A DNA stretch of 64,000 nucleotides from Candidatus Latescibacterota bacterium (GTDB taxonomy: Bacteria; Latescibacterota; UBA2968; UBA8231): contig CBDAOB010000004.1 of NCBI GenBank assembly GCA_965197905.1, positions 736,001 to 800,000 of the forward strand, in the 5' to 3' direction. Position 1 is the first letter of the stretch. The number at the start of each line of letters is the position of its first letter. This document shows, one piece after another, positions 57,203-64,000 of the stretch. A program made the translations under genes and the position numbers. The notes beneath the pieces are model-generated. The model saw only the letters and a program-made list of their open reading frames with translations. It made no database searches and had not been told where the DNA came from.

Positions 57203-60112
57203 GTGACAGTTCCCTCGATCGGATTGGTGTTGGTGGCCTCCAGTCTCTACGCGGCGATAGCGGTGCTGGCCGCCGTCTCCGTTGCGGCGGACACCGGAGA
57301 ACGTGTGGCCATTCCGGAGATCGAGAGCTCCAGGCTCCTGTTGCGCTACGATCGTCTGACTTACCGGAATTTCACTTTCGGCAACTTCGCAAACCCCGTC
57401 GATCATAGCTACCCGTACCGCGACCGTCCTAAGACCTTTTACAACTCCCTGGGAGATTATCTCCTGACCGGATATCCGTTGTTCGAGTGGACCGAACGAC
57501 GGTCTCCCGGACAGACCTTTGGCAGCGCCATCCACATGGACGATAGGACCTTCGAAAATGTGATAGACAACGTGGTGATCGCCCGGGACGGCTACGGCGG
57601 CTGGGGATACAGCGCCATGGTGGGCGAGGCTATGATCGCACGGCTATCTCCATTGACTCTGTCCCGCACCGACTTCAATGGCGCTCGCATCGACATCGCG
57701 ACGCCGTACCTGAAGTACACCTTTCTCGGTTCCCGCATAGGACAGTTGACCTCGTTCGTCGACGGGTCGGTATTGCTGTTGGGAAACCGGCTCGAAGTGG
57801 AGTTCGGAGGACTGCGGCTCGGACTCAATGGCGCCAACTTACATATCTATCAGAGCACCCGGGCCGGTGGCAGCACCCTCAAGGGCGTAATCCACCCGCA
57901 ACAGCCGCGTTTGGATTGGGTGCTCGTGCGTTTTTCCGACGACTCTCCCGCCGACGGTCGGGGTGGACCGGTGGTCCATAGCGTAGAGCTCGTCGTCGAC
58001 GGTACGCCCCGGCCCGACATCAAACCCACCGCAATATTGCGCCGCGACCGGATTGATACGCAACTCGGAACAATCTCACTGCTCACCGGCAAGTTTCGTT
58101 CCATCGTCTATGACAACCCTACGGCTCCGGACCAGGCAAGCCTCTTCGCCAGCCACGCTGGCCCTATCTTTTATCGCGATCGCAACGAGCTACCCCTCTA
58201 TGCCGACTACATGTATCGCCTGGATCACGAAAACGGCTTCGATGTGGAAGACATCACCAACTTGAAAGGCTTGCTGGAAAACTTCGAGGTCGTGTCGCCG
58301 GATGAGACACAGGAAGTGAGCGGCGATTTGCAATTGGTGTATCTGTTCGATCTGTCAGCGGCGAAAACGGTGCGCAGCGTGGAGGTCGAGGTGATGGTGG
58401 CCAACGATTACCGGATCGACGTAGCGACCCTTTTCGAGCCGCATCCGGAGGCGCCCAACTACGCACGCCGGTTCAAGAGTACTTTTTACCGTCCCGTGAA
58501 ACGCGCGAAGGGGAATGTCCAAGACCTGTCCAATTTGGGTTTGGTGCGCTTCGGAGTGGGCGAGCAGACTGGACTGTTCACCTACAGCAGTGATTTCAGC
58601 CTGCAGTTCGCCGGCGCCGAATTCACCGGTGAATTCGCTCGCTCTCACCGGTTCTCCCGGTTCCCCGCACGCCAGGAGGGCGAAGCGATCTACGGCACTG
58701 CGTCCGCCTTTTCTGAGCGCGGGTCTGCCTTTTTCGTCAACGGCACTCGGTGGTTTGGCCGCTGGCTGCTGGGGGGTGAGCTGTTCGCCATCAACCCGGA
58801 TTATCAGACAACCTTGCGGACCTATCAGGATGAGGTCGCGGGCTTGGGACCTCTGGGTGCCATGGCCAACGAGACGATGTACTGGGACCTGGTGCAGGAT
58901 AATGAGGATGGGGACGCCTACCCCGATCGGCGTTCCGGGACTTTGCGGGCTTTTCCCCGCGATCGGAAAGGGGACGATCGGAACGACGTGTTGATCGGCG
59001 TCGACGAGGATCAGGACGGCTTGCCGGATACGAACCGCAACTTCAACGGGCTACCCGATTATCTAGAGCCCTTCCTATTGTATCACGTCGAAGCGAACGG
59101 TTACCGGTACGGGCTGGACCGCAACAACAACGACGAGCCAGACGCGATCGAGGACGATCTGGATTGGGACTATCCGTATGATTTCGATCAGCGGGGTTAC
59201 CACCTGTTTGGCCGCGCGACGTTTGCCGATCACTGGTCTCTCACATTGGGTCGTTATGCGGCCGGCCAGGTGGCGGGCGCAGGCAGAAATATCTCCACCT
59301 ACGGAATCCTGAGGTTCCAGTGGCAAAGCCAGTCTCGCTTGAAATACCTCTTGCTCGAAAACCATCTTCGCAGGGTGAAGGACGACATTCCCGACGAACA
59401 CACGGTTCATGACGAACGGTCCGTGTATCCTAATTTGACACGGACGTTTGCCGAAGCGACCGGAGTGCCACCCCAATTCCCGGAGCGAGACGTACGCTCT
59501 GATCCACTGCTCTACCGGGATAGCTACGTAAACGAATCCTATGCGGATGCCCGCCTCAATCCATGGTCCTCCTTGCACTTGGTCCAGCGCCTGCGGGTGC
59601 GGATCAACTGGCAACAGCGAGGACAGTTGCGCCCCGGCATCGCACAGAGGCAGCGGCGCCTAGACTTCTGGTCAAACGTTACCAAGGCCGAATTTGAGTG
59701 GCAACTGCACCGGTTTACCCTGACGCCGCGGTTCAAGTTTCTCTGGCTTCGTCTCTTCGATCACCAGTCCGGCCGAGCTCTGCGTTCGGAGCGCAGTGTG
59801 ATTCCGGTCATAGAGGGGAAGCACCCCCTGCTATCCCGCACCTACCTGCGGTTCGGGGTAGAGGGCTGGGGACCGTTCCCTTACCATTTCAAAGAACAGG
59901 GCCGCAACAGCGACAGCTTCGAGCGCCGAACGGCCTTCGTCAGTATAACCAACCGCACCGACTACCTCGGCTACGATCTGTACACGATCATCGGCTTCAA
60001 CAAAGACAAGCTCACATTCGACGACCCGCTCCAACGCGATCGCTCGTTCGATACCTGGCGACTATTCGTTCGCGCACTCATTGGCTTCACTGAATATGGC
60101 AATCTCATCTGA
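57203..60112 (+). CDS. Large exported (probable outer-membrane) protein with DxDxDG-type Ca-binding repeats
   Basis: Signal peptide; DNEDGDAYPD, DEDQDGLPDTNRNFNGLPDY, DRNNNDEPD; alternating amphipathic beta-strands in the C-terminal third. Confidence 0.65.
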   Translation: MTVPSIGLVLVASSLYAAIAVLAAVSVAADTGERVAIPEIESSRLLLRYDRLTYRNFTFGNFANPVDHSYPYRDRPKTFYNSLGDYLLTGYPLFEWTERRSPGQTFGSAIHMDDRTFENVIDNVVIARDGYGGWGYSAMVGEAMIARLSPLTLSRTDFNGARIDIATPYLKYTFLGSRIGQLTSFVDGSVLLLGNRLEVEFGGLRLGLNGANLHIYQSTRAGGSTLKGVIHPQQPRLDWVLVRFSDDSPADGRGGPVVHSVELVVDGTPRPDIKPTAILRRDRIDTQLGTISLLTGKFRSIVYDNPTAPDQASLFASHAGPIFYRDRNELPLYADYMYRLDHENGFDVEDITNLKGLLENFEVVSPDETQEVSGDLQLVYLFDLSAAKTVRSVEVEVMVANDYRIDVATLFEPHPEAPNYARRFKSTFYRPVKRAKGNVQDLSNLGLVRFGVGEQTGLFTYSSDFSLQFAGAEFTGEFARSHRFSRFPARQEGEAIYGTASAFSERGSAFFVNGTRWFGRWLLGGELFAINPDYQTTLRTYQDEVAGLGPLGAMANETMYWDLVQDNEDGDAYPDRRSGTLRAFPRDRKGDDRNDVLIGVDEDQDGLPDTNRNFNGLPDYLEPFLLYHVEANGYRYGLDRNNNDEPDAIEDDLDWDYPYDFDQRGYHLFGRATFADHWSLTLGRYAAGQVAGAGRNISTYGILRFQWQSQSRLKYLLLENHLRRVKDDIPDEHTVHDERSVYPNLTRTFAEATGVPPQFPERDVRSDPLLYRDSYVNESYADARLNPWSSLHLVQRLRVRINWQQRGQLRPGIAQRQRRLDFWSNVTKAEFEWQLHRFTLTPRFKFLWLRLFDHQSGRALRSERSVIPVIEGKHPLLSRTYLRFGVEGWGPFPYHFKEQGRNSDSFERRTAFVSITNRTDYLGYDLYTIIGFNKDKLTFDDPLQRDRSFDTWRLFVRALIGFTEYGNLI

Positions 60113-60220
60113 ACCGCTCCGGAACGAATTCGACCCGCCGTCTCGCGATCACGCCCGCGTTGAGTGCGGTCCCTGGGGTTAGGGTGGCGTAGAACGCCTG
60201 CCAGGGAAGACTGACACGGT

Positions 60221-60413
60221 TGTAATGTTTCGCTAGCAATCGCCGCCGCTTTATTCCGCGGCACCCGCTTCGCGGATCCGTCCTCCAAAAAAAAATCGTC
60301 GCTCCAGCCAGACTCCGCATCACCGGATTCCGTCCGGAATTCTCATCGACTGTGTCATCAACCTCTAGCAAGCTGTAACCGCGGGCGTACGACCTTGTAA
60401 CAGTTTCCAAACA
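60221..60413 (+). promoter_or_regulatory. Putative bEBP enhancer sites (60221, 60353, 60374, 60396)
   Basis: TGTAATGTTTCGCTAGCA, TGTCATCAACCTCTAGCA, TGTAACCGCGGGCGTACG, TGTAACAGTTTCCAAACA; spacing similar to the 51190 array. Confidence 0.62.
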
Positions 60414-60480
60414 GCTCGGCACCTGATCCCGACCCTCCGGGTGGTTCGCCCGCGGGGTTCTTTTTTGCCCGTCAGAACCC

Positions 60481-60496
60481 CGGTACACCCTTTGCG
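60481..60496 (+). promoter_or_regulatory. Sigma54 -24/-12 promoter of the M6 protease gene
   Basis: CGGTACACCCTTTGCG = GG-N10-GC. Confidence 0.68.
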
Positions 60497-60590
60497 ATAG
60501 AAGGAACAAGCGCGATGTAGATCGCATCCAACATCGATTTCGCGGCGCCGCGAAAAAGTCACCGACCAACGCACGGAAGGGAGTCTACCC

Positions 60591-62066
60591 ATGCGTCCTC
60601 ATGGCTTTTTCGCAAGCATTCTTTGCCTTTTTTGTAGCGTTCACAGTTCGGCCGATCCGGCCGACCAACCCACCTTCATCTGCGCCGCACATGAGGGTTC
60701 ATCGACGGTCCGAGCGGCCGCAAAATCGCTCGCCAGTCACGTTGCCCAGACCGGGCCGGTGCGCGGCCAGAGAGAGATTCTCGTCATCTTTGCCAAGTTC
60801 AAGGACGAAGCCCCGGGCAACGATCAGGTCCCGCATTACGCCGGCGCGCTCCTCGATCCAGAGATCGAAGGCAGCTTTGCCCATTTCTACCACACCATGT
60901 CCTTCGGCCAGCTGCAGGTTCAGGGCACGGTGCTGCCAAAGCGGTATTCGTCGGCCCAGCCGGCCGCGGCTTATCTGGCTACCAGTGCAGGAGAATACGG
61001 CAATTACGGTCAGTTCGTGCGGGAAATCCTGCAGCAGGTGGATGCCGATGTCGACCTCGGCCGGTACGACAACGATGGTCCCGATGGCGTCCCGAATTCA
61101 GGCGACGACGACGGTCGGGTCGATTATCTGTGCATCAGCGTGCTGTCCACGCCGCGCAACTTCATCCTCGGAGGAGCCACGGGCATTGCCGGCCTCAGGC
61201 TTCGCGGTGGTTACCAGTCGATGGATGCGGGGAGGAGGGGAAGGGTGGTATGGGTGGGCGGCGAATTCACCGATGGAGCCATTTTCAAGGAAGGCAGCTT
61301 CGCGCAGACCGTGGGTTCGATGGCGCACGAGTTCGGCCACGCCCTGGACTTGCCCGATCTCTACGATACGAAGTTCGACAACCCGGATGAAGAAAGCGCC
61401 GGAATCGGTTGCTGGGGGTTGATGGGATGGGGTGCCCACGGCTGGAACGGAGATGACGGCCCCAATGGCTTCTCCGCCTGGAGCCTGGAACAGCTGGGAT
61501 GGATCGGACCCGACAACGAGCGCTTGGTGGAAGTGCGCGAGGATGCACGGGATATAGTCGTCACCGATCTGTATCAGCAAGGGGTGGTCTATAAGGTCCC
61601 GCTACGCACAGAATACATCTACCACGAAAGGCTCGAGCGGGTCGATGTCCTCGAATACCTCTTGTTGGAGCAGCGCGTCCGCAGTAGCCACCACTACAAC
61701 CGCCATCTGCCGGCGGAAGGTTTGCTGGTCTGGCATGTGCGGCCCAGCACGACGGCGAACCTGGTTGAAGAAGATAAGCTGGTGGATCTGGTCTGTGCGG
61801 ATGGCCTGTACCGCGATGCGGGTTATTCGATGGGCCAGGTGGCGGACCCGCTCCAGGGCCGCGACAATCTCGATTTTTGGTCCCGTGATTCCGAGTACAG
61901 CCTTAGGCACGGCGGCAATCTCGGCGACGCTAGCGATCTCTTCGACGGCGTTCACTTCACCTATTTGAATCGCCGTTCGAACCCGGCTACCTCCCCATGG
62001 AGGGAGTTTGGCGAAGCGAATACGGGGGTTGCGTTCGAGAACATGCGCCGCATGGGAGCAGCATGA
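60591..62066 (+). CDS. M6-family (immune inhibitor A-like) metalloprotease, N-terminal part
   Basis: Signal peptide; YHTMSFGQL, YDNDGPDGVPNSGDDDGRVD, AHEFGHALDLPDLYD, WGLMGWG, AWSLEQLGW, GLLVWHV. Confidence 0.9.
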   Translation: MRPHGFFASILCLFCSVHSSADPADQPTFICAAHEGSSTVRAAAKSLASHVAQTGPVRGQREILVIFAKFKDEAPGNDQVPHYAGALLDPEIEGSFAHFYHTMSFGQLQVQGTVLPKRYSSAQPAAAYLATSAGEYGNYGQFVREILQQVDADVDLGRYDNDGPDGVPNSGDDDGRVDYLCISVLSTPRNFILGGATGIAGLRLRGGYQSMDAGRRGRVVWVGGEFTDGAIFKEGSFAQTVGSMAHEFGHALDLPDLYDTKFDNPDEESAGIGCWGLMGWGAHGWNGDDGPNGFSAWSLEQLGWIGPDNERLVEVREDARDIVVTDLYQQGVVYKVPLRTEYIYHERLERVDVLEYLLLEQRVRSSHHYNRHLPAEGLLVWHVRPSTTANLVEEDKLVDLVCADGLYRDAGYSMGQVADPLQGRDNLDFWSRDSEYSLRHGGNLGDASDLFDGVHFTYLNRRSNPATSPWREFGEANTGVAFENMRRMGAA

Positions 62067-62830
62067 TCGTAGATATCCTGCAACCCCGCTGGGCTGGTAC
62101 CATTATCGGCAATGTTCGTTGGAACGGAGATATCATACTCGATGGAGATTTGACCATCGCGCCTGAGGGAAGGCTGATCCTGGGATTTAACACTCGGGTG
62201 CGCGTCGCTAGCGGAGACAGGCTGCGGAGTGGGGAGGATCCCACGCGCTGCGAGGTCTACGTCCAGGGAGAGATCGAAATCGAACGAGACAGCCGATCGC
62301 ACCGTTACAACAAGGAGACCCGCCGCTGGGAAAAGCTGTTACATAAACCGGTTGTGTTCGAACCCCTGGTACCTGGCGAGACCTGGTACGGGATAATTGT
62401 TATTTTCGATGCCGGCGGATCCCGAATTATGCGAAGGCTGACACAACACCTGGAACTCCGAGATTCTCTGTACGGTCTTCTCTCGCTCGCCGAGTTGTCA
62501 GAGTTGCGGAGTCGTGCGACCGCGATTCTTTCGGATCCAACGAGTCTGCCAGAGACGGTCAAACTCTTGCCCAACTACCCCAATCCGTTCAATACCTCAA
62601 CCACGATCCGCTACGAGCTTGCTTCCACCGTGCCGGTTCGTCTGCAGGTGTACGATGCGCTGGGACAGATCGTGCGGTCGCTAGAGGATGGCCACCAGCC
62701 GGCGGGTGTGCAGACGATCGTTTGGGATGGTCGCGATGAGCACGGTCTGGAAGCAGCGGGCGGGATATATTTCATTCAGCTGCGGGCCGGCCAACAGGTG
62801 CAAACGAGCAAGTTGTCGTTGCTCCGTTGA
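62063..62830 (+). CDS. C-terminal part of the M6 protease with FlgD-Ig/T9SS-type-A-like sorting domain (frameshift at 62054-62056)
   Basis: LLPNYPNPFNTSTTIRYEL..VYDALGQIVRSL..WDGRDEHG..AGGIYFIQL; one extra G joins ENMRRMGSSMIVDIL. Confidence 0.82.
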   Translation: MIVDILQPRWAGTIIGNVRWNGDIILDGDLTIAPEGRLILGFNTRVRVASGDRLRSGEDPTRCEVYVQGEIEIERDSRSHRYNKETRRWEKLLHKPVVFEPLVPGETWYGIIVIFDAGGSRIMRRLTQHLELRDSLYGLLSLAELSELRSRATAILSDPTSLPETVKLLPNYPNPFNTSTTIRYELASTVPVRLQVYDALGQIVRSLEDGHQPAGVQTIVWDGRDEHGLEAAGGIYFIQLRAGQQVQTSKLSLLR

Positions 62831-63099
62831 TTTGCAGTACGGCTCGTTCGTGCACGGCGTTGTGTGCTGCCACACGAGGTCTGAAGTCGCACGCCGGGAT
62901 ATACCAACAGGAGCGCCTATATGTCACACCGGCCTCGAAGACCTGGCGGCGGCACAGTCAGCGAACGTGCAGCTGCGGTTTCGGTCCGGGTCCGCCGGTT
63001 TCAGGACACCTTTCGGCGACTGCGCGTTGGCGCGAGATTATTCCGCACGTCATTTTAAGTTTTCCCTGCACTATATCGAACTCCAATCGGGAGACCGCT

Positions 63100-63747
63100 T
63101 TGAACTCCAGAATCTTTCTTGTCGTCTCGATGATTTTTTTGCCTACACGGGGCTGGTCGCAGGCATCCACTACCCCCTTGGAGGTTATCCCCGCTGACCG
63201 AATTTCTGAGGCGCTGAACGTGGCTCCTGTCAGGGAGGGGCCACCACCCACGACACCGGACGGCATTCCTCATCAGCAACACGATCAGAACGCCCCGTTG
63301 GCCATGCAGCAGAGATTGATGTCGGCGATCTTTACCCTGCCTGGCATCCTGGTCGTGCCGACGCCGTTCTCGCTGGCTGGTTCTCAGGGATGGAGACTGG
63401 TAGGAGATTTTGCCCGGGGACCGGACGATGCCTTTCTCTCGACCGAAAGCCTCGAGTTTGGCCACCTGCACCGGCCTTCCGACGGCAGCATGCATATGTT
63501 GCTACCGTTGGCATTCTCCACGATGGCCCTGGAAAAGGGCTGGGGAATCATCCATCCATTGAGCGACCAGATATCCGGAGAGATCTCCGAATACGTCATG
63601 ATTTACGGTCCCAGAAACGAAGAGGAGCTCCGAACGATCTGGATAATCGCTCAGATCTCTTATTACTTTGCGCGCGGCGTGAGTATGGAGAGTTCGACGG
63701 CGATCACACCCGCGACCTTGGGCGAGGTCAAGGACAGGGTGCGCTAG
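63100..63747 (+). CDS. Exported luciferase-like/DUF5519-family protein with short C-terminal sorting-like motif
   Basis: TTG start after GGGAG; PHQQHDQNAP, EFGHLH..DGSMHMLLP..GWGIIHP..MIYGPRNEEEL; tail TAITPATLGEVK. Confidence 0.7.
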   Translation: MNSRIFLVVSMIFLPTRGWSQASTTPLEVIPADRISEALNVAPVREGPPPTTPDGIPHQQHDQNAPLAMQQRLMSAIFTLPGILVVPTPFSLAGSQGWRLVGDFARGPDDAFLSTESLEFGHLHRPSDGSMHMLLPLAFSTMALEKGWGIIHPLSDQISGEISEYVMIYGPRNEEELRTIWIIAQISYYFARGVSMESSTAITPATLGEVKDRVR

Positions 63748-63786
63748 TGAGGCGTCTCGCCTTAGCACCGTAGAGGAGGCGATCGT

Positions 63787-64000
63787 ATGATTTGGAGTTT
63801 GTTATCATCGCCCGCCTCGATTATCGTACTGCTGGCCTTCAGTGCCGCACGGGCATTGGCGCAGGGTGACTCGGAGGACGTCGACTACGATCTGTTCCTG
63901 AGCACCATTGTGGATGACCCGGACAGCGCCGGCCCCGCGCCCTACCATTTGTGGCGGGTCCTCACCGACTCCTCGATCCCTGTCCAGTTTTCCGTCGCCG
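63787..64000 (+). CDS. Exported hypothetical protein (5' part; runs off window edge)
   Basis: GAGGAGG RBS, ATG 63787, signal peptide ending ARALA-Q, open to the end of the window. Confidence 0.65.
   Translation, partial: MIWSLLSSPASIIVLLAFSAARALAQGDSEDVDYDLFLSTIVDDPDSAGPAPYHLWRVLTDSSIPVQFSVA

Noticed and set aside
57190..57207. GTACCGTTCTCGGTGAC, similar to the 30458 palindrome
   Set aside because: Imperfect, overlaps the predicted start codon, and no sigma54 promoter follows

Overview
GC-rich bacterial window with about 50 CDSs and no rRNA, tRNA, CRISPR array or intact mobile element that I can support. The gene content suggests an uncultured FCB-group lineage such as Latescibacterota or Poribacteria (inference): several PhyH dioxygenases, a sulfatase, beta-propeller glycosidase-like paralogues, a Reg_prop/Y_Y_Y sensor and an NYPNPFN C-terminal sorting domain. 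Layout: (1-3.9 kb) sugar-catabolic operon with class II aldolase, PfkB kinase, a stand-alone lipoyl domain and ThDP E1 alpha/beta; (4-30.6 kb) signal-transduction island; (31-51 kb) catabolic genes; (51-64 kb) sigma54-controlled sensor kinase, enhancer-binding protein (bEBP), large exported protein and M6 protease. The stand-out is in the signalling island. It holds two flagellar switch (C-ring) clusters, each with fliM, two divergent fliN and fliG, and no MS-ring, export, rod, hook, filament or stator genes occur in the window. In one cluster the FliG torque domain is replaced by an intact GAF-HisKA-HATPase-REC hybrid histidine kinase. Both FliG proteins carry an N-terminal segment resembling the FliG-binding C-terminal helices of FliF. 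This suggests a membrane-independent C-ring repurposed as a signalling scaffold. Three sigma54 -24/-12 promoters share an 18-bp upstream motif (YGTAM-N8-TAGCR-like), and both switch operons share a further 31-bp upstream motif. Three single-base frameshifts in short base runs look like assembly errors; an in-frame TAG splits a WspR-like REC-kinase gene.
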